Part shown: piece after piece, positions 10,545-19,327 of the stretch
Layout: every line of letters begins with the position of its first letter
Position numbering within the stretch: position 1 is the first letter of the stretch
DNA from: an uncultured cyanobacterium
GTDB lineage: Bacteria; Cyanobacteriota; Cyanobacteriia; Cyanobacteriales; Nostocaceae
NCBI GenBank assembly: GCA_963740315.1
Contig: CAVUDP010000002.1
Coordinates: 2,272,001-2,336,000 of the forward strand
Length of the DNA: 64,000 bases
Direction of reading: 5' to 3'
Program-made: the position numbers and the translations under genes
Notes under the pieces: generated by a model
Seen by the model: only the letters and a program-made list of their open reading frames with translations
Databases searched by the model: none
What the model was told of the DNA's origin: nothing

Positions 10545-11585
10545 TCACTCTATCCACTCCAAAAACCGATTCCACGCCCACCACGGGTCTTTGTCTCCGT
10601 ATTCTTGCTGACACTGTTTGCTGCTTAAATAACCGACGTGACCGCCGTTGGGAGTTAACATTAAGTCTATGGCTGGATTTAGGGCGCAGGCTGTTTGTAA
10701 TTCTGGGGTGATGGCTGGTGCAAAAAATGGGTCGTCTGCGGCGTAAATTATTAAGGTTGGTTTGGTAAGCTTTGGTAGAAGAGGTAGGGCGTTGCTTGCT
10801 TGATAGTAAGCTTCTACTGAGGGGAAACCTAATTTTTCTATGACTAATTCGTTGTCAAATCCCCATATACTGTTTGCTCTTTCGATCGCGGCTGGATCTA
10901 AACTTCCTGGATGATTATTGTGAATTTTCCATGCCAATTTTTTCAATGCTTTGGCAATTCTTTGTTCTAAAAGTCTACCTGCTGGATAACTAGTTATATA
11001 TTTAAGGGAACGGTTGGAATCTAAGCTCGGACAAATAACCGCACCTCCACCAATATCGCTTTCTTTGATTCCTATTTCCTCAGCTTGAGTTAATTCTACA
11101 GCTGCTTTAATTGCCCACAATGCTAACTGCCCTCCCAATGAAAATCCTGTAAACCAAAATTTCGGGGGACATCCCATTGATAATGCTGCGGCGGCGATGC
11201 GAACGAAATCTTCTCCTTCGTACAAACCATCGCTGGTTAAGGTGGGGGATAATTCTGCTGTTTTACCGTGGGCACGCCAATCGAATAGTACTACCGCGTA
11301 ACCTTGAGCGTAAGCTTTGCGCCCTAAAATTTTCAGAAACCATTCTTCTTCTAAATCGCCAATAATGCCGTAAGTACCTATAATGGTGCCGCGAGGATTT
11401 TCCGGAATTGCGACTAAACCGAACAAAGGTACTCCTTGTGCGCCAGTAAAAACTTGTTCCTGATAACTAGGCTCTGGTAGGTTGAGAATAGTTTCCCAAT
11501 TCTTTTTTCCCCACAACGCTGCACGCACGGTCATTGACACGCCGTTTCGTAAAAACCAAGGTGGATTGTAGGTTGGGTTGGACAT
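10545..11585 (-). CDS. YheT-family alpha/beta hydrolase
   Basis: GFSLGG nucleophile elbow, AADDPF acid, GGHVGY histidine. Confidence 0.88.
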   Translation of the reverse strand: MSNPTYNPPWFLRNGVSMTVRAALWGKKNWETILNLPEPSYQEQVFTGAQGVPLFGLVAIPENPRGTIIGTYGIIGDLEEEWFLKILGRKAYAQGYAVVLFDWRAHGKTAELSPTLTSDGLYEGEDFVRIAAAALSMGCPPKFWFTGFSLGGQLALWAIKAAVELTQAEEIGIKESDIGGGAVICPSLDSNRSLKYITSYPAGRLLEQRIAKALKKLAWKIHNNHPGSLDPAAIERANSIWGFDNELVIEKLGFPSVEAYYQASNALPLLPKLTKPTLIIYAADDPFFAPAITPELQTACALNPAIDLMLTPNGGHVGYLSSKQCQQEYGDKDPWWAWNRFLEWIE

Positions 11586-11742
11586 TGTATAAGATATTCT
11601 GTCTAATTTGTAGTTTATTTAAGAATATTTTTATTTTAAGCTTTATGTTATATTTCAAATTTTTTTTATAATCGTTAAAGCAATCTTTGTATTTTCCAAA
11701 GATTTTTAACTTTTCTTAATACACAGTAACAATAATTTAATA

Positions 11743-12492
11743 ATGCCGAGAATTCTTGTCATAGATGACGATCCAGCAATTTCCGAGTTGGTAGCCGTTA
11801 ATTTAGAAATGGCTGGTTATGATGTTAGCCAAGCTGAAGATGGTATCAAAGGGCAAGCTTTAGCGCTCCAGCTACAGCCGGACTTAATTATGTTGGATTT
11901 GATGTTGCCCAGGGTTGATGGGTTTACTGTATGTCAGCGCTTGCGGAGAGATGACCGTACTTCTGATATTCCAGTATTAATGTTAACCGCTTTAAGTCAA
12001 ACTCAGGATAAAGTCGAAGGTTTTAATGCTGGTGCGGATGATTATTTAACAAAACCTTTTGAAGTAGAAGAAATGTTGGCGCGGGTGCGGGCGTTACTCC
12101 GACGTACCGATCGCATACCCCAAGCAGCAAAACACAGCGAAATTCTTAATTATGCCTCGCTAACTTTAGTTCCTGAAAGATTTGAAGCAATATGGTTTAC
12201 TCAAACTGTAAAGTTAACTCACTTGGAGTTTGAACTACTTCATTGTTTGCTGCAACGACACGGACAAACTGTTTCTCCCAGCGAAATACTTCGAGAAGTT
12301 TGGGGTTACGATCCCGATGATGATATTGAAACCATTCGCGTACATATCCGCCATTTAAGAACCAAATTAGAACCAGACCCACGCCATCCCCGCTATATCA
12401 AAACGGTATATGGTGCTGGATATTGTTTGGAATTACCTAGTAATCCTCCATCAACTGAAGAATTATCACCTACAGAAATTGGAACCAGCTGA
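11743..12492 (+). CDS. rpaA: OmpR-family response regulator RpaA (circadian output)
   Basis: Matches my recollection of cyanobacterial Rpa[73 protein letters not shown]. Confidence 0.93.
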   Translation: MPRILVIDDDPAISELVAVNLEMAGYDVSQAEDGIKGQALALQLQPDLIMLDLMLPRVDGFTVCQRLRRDDRTSDIPVLMLTALSQTQDKVEGFNAGADDYLTKPFEVEEMLARVRALLRRTDRIPQAAKHSEILNYASLTLVPERFEAIWFTQTVKLTHLEFELLHCLLQRHGQTVSPSEILREVWGYDPDDDIETIRVHIRHLRTKLEPDPRHPRYIKTVYGAGYCLELPSNPPSTEELSPTEIGTS

Positions 12493-12747
12493 GGTAACAT
12501 AGTTTTTCAAAAATTTTAAATAAATTTATTAAAAATCCCATGTCAATCCCCTTTGGTGAAATTGGGAAATTTTCACTATGGAATTTTAGATTTTAAATTT
12601 TAACAACGGATGCTTTTAACAACGGATGCGTTTTTTTTGTTTTGGATTTTAGATTAATTATTTTGGATTTTAGATTAATTATTTGAGATTTTAGATTTTA
12701 AGCTGTCACGCATTTAATTTGTAATTTTCAAGATCGCTTTCCGGCTT

Positions 12748-12991
12748 GCACTACAAGACTTTCATAAAATTTATTTTTCTAGCGAGCAAGATGCATGTCC
12801 TTCGGACAGACTTCGTTAACGCACTACAAGACTTTCATAAAATTTATTTTTCTAGCGAGTAAGATGCATGTCCTTCGGACAGACTTCGTTAACGCACTAC
12901 AAGACTTTCATAAAATTTATTTTTCTAGCGAGCAAGATGCATGTCCTTCGGACAGACTTCGTTAACGCACTACAAGACTTTCATAAAATTT
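12748..12991. repeat. 73-bp tandem repeat, ~3.3 copies
   Basis: GCACTACAAGAC recurs at 12748, 12821, 12894 and 12967; units are almost identical. Confidence 0.95.
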
Positions 12992-13059
12992 AAATATACA
13001 AATTAAAAGGGTTTTAGCTTAAAAGTAGTCATAATAATTCTGTATGAGGCTCATATTAG

Positions 13060-13604
13060 GTAGTGCGAGCATCTTGCTCGCTTGAAATATATACCTGAGA
13101 TATTCGCTTGAAATATATACCTGAGATATTCGCTTGAGATATATACCTGAGATATTCGCTTGAAATATATACCTAAGATATTCGCTTGAGATATATACCT
13201 GAGATATTCGCTTGAAATATATACCTAAGATATTCGCTTGAGATATTCGCTTGAGATATATACCTGAGATATTCACTTGAAATATAAGTAGGTTGGCTCG
13301 AATAAACACAACTATGTAACGAAATGTAAAATACCCAAAACCCTTGCGATTGCTTCACTTCGCTCCGCTCGTTCGCAATGACATAGTTATAAATTTTCCC
13401 ACCTACCTACTTACGATCGCTTGAGATATTAGCTTGAAATATACGATCGCTTGAGATATACGATCGCTTGAAATATTCGCTTGAGATATTGGCTTGAATT
13501 AGCTTGAAATATTCGCTTGAAATATTCGCTTGAAATATATACCTAAGATATTCGCTTGAGATATTCGCTTGAAATATATAGCGAGCTATGAAGGCTCGCA
13601 CTAC
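13060..13604. repeat. 13/26-bp minisatellite (TGAAATATATACC / TGAGATATTCGCT variants) bracketed by inverted GCGAGC-type palindromes
   Basis: Read directly; interrupted by an insertion at 13285-13413. Confidence 0.9.
13285..13413. mobile_element. MITE-like element with TAAGTAGGT/ACCTACTTA ends and a TA target duplication
   Basis: Terminal inverted repeats. The uninterrupted unit TGAAATATACGATCGCTTGA is present at ~13435. Confidence 0.7.
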
Positions 13605-13700
13605 CCCCGAAAGATAAATTATTTTTTGAATTATAATTCAAAATTCTCCCCCTCTCCCCCCTCTACCCCCTCTTCCCCCTCTTCCCCCTCTCTCCCATCC

Positions 13701-14558
13701 CTACTCCCTACCTATTGGAAAAAATTCCAACCGATATCTATATAGAGCTACAGGTTTATTAACTGCTTTAAAGTAATCTGGATCTTGAGATGAAAGATAT
13801 ACGGCAGTAACTTGATTCGCTTCAATCGTTGGATTTGATGCAACTGATGTAAATAATGGTCTATATGCCGTAGTTGATTCTACTGAATTGAGATAGGGAT
13901 GCGAACCACCTTTAAATAGCTGTTGAAATACTTCTGTTGTAATAAATCTACCGTCTGCGGTGGTTTCTGTAGCGCGAGTTTTGATGATGGTAACTAATTG
14001 GCGATCTCCTCGCAAAAATGTAATCTGACGGTTGGGAGAATCGGGATCTACTTTTACTGCTTTAACTACATCATCGCCTAAAATAGCTCGTGCTAAATTC
14101 AAACCGTTATATGCGCGATCGGCAATGATCTTTTTTTCTTCTGAATCAATAATAACTGGCACTTCTTGCCCCTTTAGCGGGGAGAGGGATGTGCGATAGT
14201 ACGGAGTGAATTTCGTTGGAACTGTGTTTGCCGATACAGCAAGAAGTGTTTGTTGATTTACAAATTTTACTTTAAAACTAACTGGTTGATTAAGATACTG
14301 ACGGTTACTTTCAAATCCCGGTGTGACAATATCTGGGGCTAAAGGCGCAACTAAATCTAATAAAATACTTTTTACTAACCATTCACCCTTTATCCATTCA
14401 GGATAAATTAAGTCTCCTACAGCAGGTTGTACGGAAGTTAATTTCTCCCATTGTGGAAATTTTTTTAATCTTTGATTTAATTGTCCAGCCCTAACGTTAC
14501 CGTCACCGCTACAGAAAAATATGAAAAAAATCAAGCAAAAAGTCGTTAGCAGCTTCAT
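13701..14558 (-). CDS. Conserved cyanobacterial exported protein (DUF6816-like)
   Basis: N-terminal signal-like segment; DLIYPEWIKGEW, IADRAYNG, DPDSPNRQ, VALYRYRL. Confidence 0.7.
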   Translation of the reverse strand: MKLLTTFCLIFFIFFCSGDGNVRAGQLNQRLKKFPQWEKLTSVQPAVGDLIYPEWIKGEWLVKSILLDLVAPLAPDIVTPGFESNRQYLNQPVSFKVKFVNQQTLLAVSANTVPTKFTPYYRTSLSPLKGQEVPVIIDSEEKKIIADRAYNGLNLARAILGDDVVKAVKVDPDSPNRQITFLRGDRQLVTIIKTRATETTADGRFITTEVFQQLFKGGSHPYLNSVESTTAYRPLFTSVASNPTIEANQVTAVYLSSQDPDYFKAVNKPVALYRYRLEFFPIGRE

Positions 14559-15110
14559 AGTAAGCGTTTCAAAAATATGTTACGAAGTGTGAATTATTAT
14601 TTGATTGATGACTCATTCAATCAAACAATTTGTTGCAATTTATTCATCAAAGTTTACTTTATCATCAAGAATCTCAATATAAACATGGCTTTATGTAGAG
14701 GTAATGAAACAAACAATAGTAATTACAAAAGTGGGATGAATTTTTTATCGAAAATAGCACACATTAATAGGCATTCAGGTAATATTACCGAAAGAGAATA
14801 AGTATTTATTGCAGTAATCATATATATATAATTTGAAATAAGTCAACTAAAACACATTCACTACTGACTTATATTGAGACTAACTATGTGGCTTCATCTA
14901 AGTAAAAACGCGTAAAAAGCGTAATTACTGAAATTGTATGCAATTATCTTTGCAACTATTGAGGCTGCAAAGCTAGTACTATACTTTTGAAGCGATAGTT
15001 AAGCGCAATAAACATTAAGTCATTAGTTGTAAAAAATACTTTTAGATGAAATGTAATTGGGGTGCCTGCCTAGTAAAAAAATATCAATTATTGAAAATAA
15101 TTAAACGATT

Positions 15111-15992
15111 ATGAGTCTTAGCAGTTCTTTTACAGATTTTTCCTTGGCTGAATTATTTCAACTTATCGATCAAGGACGTAAATCTGGTTGTTTAAATGTA
15201 TGTACTTTGCCAGATATTAATGCTCCTCAATCTAAAGCAAAATACTTTTATATTTGGTTTAGAAGCGGGCGTATTGTCGCCGCCGCAAATCGCTTAAATG
15301 GTAAAGGTTTAGTTTCTAAAATTGCTCAAAGAAATTGGGCAGAACCGCAGATTTTAGAAAATATTTACAAGAATGCAACTAAAACTACACCTCTTGGTTT
15401 GCAATTAAAAACTCAAGATATATTAAGTGCCGAACAACTAAACTTATTGTTTGCCAGTCAACTACAGCAAGTTAGACAATTATTTGAAATTCAAAAAGGT
15501 GTATTTAAATTAGATTCCAAAGCCCAACCTCCAATGGCTGAAATGACAGGATTAAGCTTGAGGGCTACGGAAGTAACTTTAATGGCTTTAAGAGTATTGA
15601 AAAATTGGAAAGTACTTGAAAGTGCGCTTCCCAGTGTAGAATCCGGTATCCGAAATATTACCCAAAATCAACCGCAAATTCGCTTGAATGCTTTTGAATG
15701 GCAGATGTGGGAATTTGCTTCGGGTGATGTTTCTATAAATAATATTGCCGCTCAACTTAATCAACCAACCATCAAGATTCAGCAAGCAGCTTTCCGATTA
15801 ATGCTTGTAGGTTTGATAGAAGAAGTACCATCAATAACATCTAATTCTCATTCATACCATTATGATATGGATTTAACTTGGGTAAATAAATACGGTTCGC
15901 GAGCAGCTAAAAAACATCAAGAATCGCAAACACCCAAAGTTAGTGATTCGTTGCTGTCCAATCTTGTTGGGTATTTAAGGAGCAAAGCTTAA
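15111..15992 (+). CDS. DUF4388 (PatA N-terminal / PATAN-like) domain protein
   Basis: SFTDFSLAELFQLIDQGRKSGCL...YIWFRSGRIVAA, PLGLQLK, C-terminal winged-helix-like EWQMWEFA...IQQAAFRLMLVGLIEE; no receiver domain. Confidence 0.85.
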   Translation: MSLSSSFTDFSLAELFQLIDQGRKSGCLNVCTLPDINAPQSKAKYFYIWFRSGRIVAAANRLNGKGLVSKIAQRNWAEPQILENIYKNATKTTPLGLQLKTQDILSAEQLNLLFASQLQQVRQLFEIQKGVFKLDSKAQPPMAEMTGLSLRATEVTLMALRVLKNWKVLESALPSVESGIRNITQNQPQIRLNAFEWQMWEFASGDVSINNIAAQLNQPTIKIQQAAFRLMLVGLIEEVPSITSNSHSYHYDMDLTWVNKYGSRAAKKHQESQTPKVSDSLLSNLVGYLRSKA

Positions 15993-16531
15993 TGACATCA
16001 GAAATTCTTCGTATTGTAGTTACAGGAGGTGTAGGGGCAGGAAAAACCACATTTATTCAGACAATCAGTGAAATTGATGTTGTTGATACCGATAAAAGAG
16101 CAACCGATGAGTTAGCCGAATTAAAGGAAAAAACCACAGTCGCTTTAGACTTTGGAAAATTAACGATCGCATCCAATCAATCATTACATTTATACGGAAC
16201 TCCCGGACAAAGCCGATTCGATTTTATGTGGGACATTTTGATTGAAAAAGCCCACGCTTACATTCTTTTAATAGATGCACATCGTCCAAATCAATTCCGT
16301 CAAGCCCGCAAAATGCTTAACTACATGAACAATCAAGCATTTATTCCGGCGATGATAGGAATAACTCATACAGATTTCGCCGATGCTTGGGAAATAGAAG
16401 ATATAGCCTTAGCTTTAGGATTTCAAGACGAAACTGATTCACCCCCCTTAATGGCTGTCAACCCCAACCAGCGCGAATCTGTACATCAAGCATTAATTGC
16501 GATCGTCGAACAATTAGCATCCAGTTATTAA
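15992..16531 (+). CDS. MglA/CvnD-type small Ras-like GTPase
   Basis: G1 GGVGAGKTT, G2 TTVALDFG, G3 YGTPGQSRFDFMW; start overlaps the upstream stop (TAATG). Confidence 0.9.
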   Translation: MTSEILRIVVTGGVGAGKTTFIQTISEIDVVDTDKRATDELAELKEKTTVALDFGKLTIASNQSLHLYGTPGQSRFDFMWDILIEKAHAYILLIDAHRPNQFRQARKMLNYMNNQAFIPAMIGITHTDFADAWEIEDIALALGFQDETDSPPLMAVNPNQRESVHQALIAIVEQLASSY

Positions 16532-16781
16532 GGAGAGGGGGAGATGGGGGGATGGGGGGATGGGGGGATGGGGAGAGGGGGAAGAAATTATTCGCTTTAA
16601 CATGCAGACCTTTAACACATGCCCAATATCTTACTTGTAAAACATAAGGTATAAATAATTTTTTCTTATCCTTAAATTAACCTTTTTCGTTTTAAAATTT
16701 ACCAAGTCTTGAGGTATAGCGTTTATTGGTGACAAAAAATGTGATTTAAACCTCAAGATAGCGCTCAGGAGTCAGTAACTA

Positions 16782-17369
16782 ATGCCTCTGGGTAAAATTC
16801 TCAAGCTTCTAAAAGGAGTATTTCAAAATCTTCCTGCGGAGTCAGTATCTTCGGAGTTGTCAGAAACGGAAAGTTCTCTGTTAGCTGCAAGTGATGAAAA
16901 TACTGATTTATCGTCAGAAAATGTTAGCGAAATTACATTACCGCAGTCAACTGCGGAAATTACTCAAACACCTTTACCAACAATTTTGGAGGAAAAAAAA
17001 ATGATTAACGTTTCCATGCTGCAAGACGAATTGCAAAATTTTGTCAGCGCTGCTTCTGATGTCCAAGGCGCTGCTTTAGTTAGTCCTGATGGTTTGGCTT
17101 TGGCTTCGGTTCTACCCGGAGGAATGGATGAAGAACGTACTGCTGCAATGTCTGCATCCATGCTTTCTTTAGGAGAACGTATTGGTCGGGAATTAGCTCG
17201 TGGAAGCATCGATAGGATTGTTGTCGAAGGCGAAAAAGGCTATGGCGTGTTGGTTGGTTGTGGTAGCGATGCTGTTTTATTGGTTTTAGCTGGTGCTGGC
17301 GTTAAGCAAGGTTTATTGTTTTTAGAAGTCAAGCGAGTTGTAGCTAAAATCGCGCCGTTGATGGCTTGA
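16782..17369 (+). CDS. Roadblock/LC7 (MglB-like) protein; the core domain starts at ATG 17001
   Basis: DVQGAALVSPDGLALAS, DEERTAAMSASMLSLGERIGRELARG, VVEGEKGY; GGAGG just before ATG 17001. Confidence 0.88.
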   Translation: MPLGKILKLLKGVFQNLPAESVSSELSETESSLLAASDENTDLSSENVSEITLPQSTAEITQTPLPTILEEKKMINVSMLQDELQNFVSAASDVQGAALVSPDGLALASVLPGGMDEERTAAMSASMLSLGERIGRELARGSIDRIVVEGEKGYGVLVGCGSDAVLLVLAGAGVKQGLLFLEVKRVVAKIAPLMA

Positions 17370-17506
17370 GTGCTAAGGCAATATAGTCCTTATAGTCCTT
17401 ATATGGATGTTTGGATTGACGATTTTAAATCTTAATTCCAGTCCAATTCTGACACATGGCTTTGATTCTCAAACAAAAATAATTCAACTAAAAGAAATTT
17501 AAATTT

Positions 17507-17965
17507 ATGTTACGTTCAACATTAGGAAATTTCAGCAGCATTGTTTGTTTCAAAGCTGCAATTGTAGGAATGGAAGATGCTTTGGGAGAGAAAGCAACTG
17601 CGATCGCACTAATAGCAGCAGGTCGTCAGCGTGGTAAAAGTCTTGCTAAAGAATTGGGTTTGGAAGGATTAGCGTCTTTAGAGGATGTAGCGACAAAATT
17701 AAGCTTTGCTTTAGGGGAAGAAGGCACAAAATTATGTATTGTAGAAAGTATTTCCGAGGAAGGAGGTGTAATTAAAGTTTATACTTCAGAAACTTTGTGT
17801 TCTGCTGGTGAGGAAGAAGGTTCGCCTCGCAAATGTACTTATACGATGGGTGCTGTTTGGGGTGCTTTAGAGCAAACTTTAGGCAAACGCTTCCAAGGAA
17901 AACACACCGAATCCGTGCTTCGCGGCGGTAAAAATGATGTGTTTGAGTTTGTCGAATTTAAATAA
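17507..17965 (+). CDS. Stand-alone V4R (Bet3/H-NOX-like fold) ligand-binding domain protein
   Basis: ALIAAGRQRGK helix, SETLCSAGE...RKCTYTMGAVWGALE, HTESVLRGG..DVFEF pattern. Confidence 0.75.
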   Translation: MLRSTLGNFSSIVCFKAAIVGMEDALGEKATAIALIAAGRQRGKSLAKELGLEGLASLEDVATKLSFALGEEGTKLCIVESISEEGGVIKVYTSETLCSAGEEEGSPRKCTYTMGAVWGALEQTLGKRFQGKHTESVLRGGKNDVFEFVEFK

Positions 17966-18011
17966 GTTAATACTGCGATCGGCAAACCCGGTTTCCATAA
18001 ACGTATTTAAA

Positions 18012-18165
18012 CTAGTATTCCTTTTCATTAGTTTTGACGGGCAATAAGGTTCGTAGTAAGGGCTGTACTCCCTTGCATGGGAGGTAACGAATCCTCAGAG
18101 CCGGAGAGTTAAAACTCTTACTACGAACCTTTCTACCCGTCGGAATTAGTGAAAAGGATCGCTAG
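18012..18165. mobile_element. CTAG-flanked MITE-like palindromic element
   Basis: CTAG-TATTCCTTTTCATTAGTTTTGACGGG...AGGTTCGTAGTAAG...CTTACTACGAACCT...CCCGTCGGAATTAGTGAAAAGGATCG-CTAG. Homolog at ~2906-3030. Confidence 0.6.
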
Positions 18166-18314
18166 TCATCTAGGCAGAAACCGGACTTCTTTGTATTTTC
18201 GATCGCCAATTGTAGCAAATCGACTTGACTTGTTTGGAGGATTAAGTAATAAAAAGACTTGATATAGCTGATACTTTCCACTAATTTTTTGATTAATAAT
18301 AGGAGTTTCTTGGA

Positions 18315-18869
18315 ATGACTATAGATCCACAAGCCTTTATGTCTACTTTGGAAAAGCGCGTTTGTTTAACAGCAGAAGATAAAGCGCTACTTCAAGCTGA
18401 AGTAGATTGGGGAAAAGAAATTGCTCCAGAAATGGCAGAGCATTTCTATGCTTATTTGGGGCGCGATGAAGAAATGAATTCGATTTTAACTGCTACAGAA
18501 GGACGCATTCATCGGTTGCGAGAAACATTTATTGAATGGTTCCACGAGATGTTTTCAGGTATGGATGATTGGGGTAAAGACTATGCCGATCGCCGTTGGA
18601 AAATAGGTTTAGTTCACGTTCGTATCGGTATCGGACCTCAGCACGTTGTGCCTGCGATGGCAACCGTAATTAGAGAAGCGGGTCAGCGTGCGAAAAAAGA
18701 CAGCAAAAGCGAAGAAATTAAAGATGCCTTGGGGCGTATTTGCATGATTGACTTAGCTTTTATCGAACAGGCTTATGTAGAAGTATCTTCAGAAGCTGTT
18801 TTAAGAGAAACTGGTTGGAGTGAAGGTTTATTCAGGCGTTTAATTGCTACTGGCGCTAATGCTATGTAA
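18315..18869 (+). CDS. Single-domain protoglobin / sensor globin
   Basis: EHFYAYL (B9-B10 Phe-Tyr), RLRETFIEWF, RRWKIGLVHVRIGI with proximal His, ICMIDLAFI.QAY; AGGAG RBS. Confidence 0.85.
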   Translation: MTIDPQAFMSTLEKRVCLTAEDKALLQAEVDWGKEIAPEMAEHFYAYLGRDEEMNSILTATEGRIHRLRETFIEWFHEMFSGMDDWGKDYADRRWKIGLVHVRIGIGPQHVVPAMATVIREAGQRAKKDSKSEEIKDALGRICMIDLAFIEQAYVEVSSEAVLRETGWSEGLFRRLIATGANAM

Positions 18870-19006
18870 TCGGAATTGTTTCATCTAGGGGTAATTGCAT
18901 TGAGCCATTTAATATGTTCCAAACCTTTGTGAATACTCCTAAAGAAATAATTATTGAAATAATTAATTTTTGAAATTATTTTCCGGTTTCTTTAAAATCC
19001 TTTGTT

Positions 19007-19044
19007 TCCCTGACTTTTGCGTCTTTTTGAAGTCAGGGATTTAT
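19007..19044 (+). terminator. Hairpin, probable terminator after the globin gene
   Basis: TCCCTGACTT-N13-AAGTCAGGGA followed by TTTAT. Confidence 0.5.
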
Positions 19045-19073
19045 CATTCTGTATTAAAGTTTACTATATAACT

Positions 19074-19115
19074 GTATAGCCCAATACTTTTATTTCAAAT
19101 TTAGTTAATTATACT
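19074..19115 (+). promoter_or_regulatory. Canonical NtcA-activated promoter architecture
   Basis: GTA-TAGCCCAA-TAC (19074-19087), then N22, then TATACT (19110-19115). A second GTA-N8-TAC lies at 19051-19064. Confidence 0.6.
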
Positions 19116-19327
19116 GAACGCATAAAACTGGTAAAATCGGTGTTTCTACTAAAGCGATTATAAAGCTTTAATAATAAGATTTGTCACCGCATGATTTGTA
19201 AAGATTATGGAGGTAGTATTTCTCACTGTTGTTAAATAAAGCGTCCGGTTGTTTGTGAATTTTTTTTTGATAATTTACATAGTCGATTTAGGTCTGCTTA
19301 TACTTGTGTGCAGGGAATTTTTAGCGT

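Noticed and set aside
13019..13601. Repetitive ORFs (ISSEYLRYIFQAN)
   Set aside because: Artefacts of the 13-bp minisatellite; no RBS
12748..13604. Possible CRISPR array
   Set aside because: Units are tandem with no unique spacers, and there are no cas genes in the window
14577..14801. 74-aa plus-strand ORF
   Set aside because: AT-rich divergent promoter region; no recognisable features or RBS
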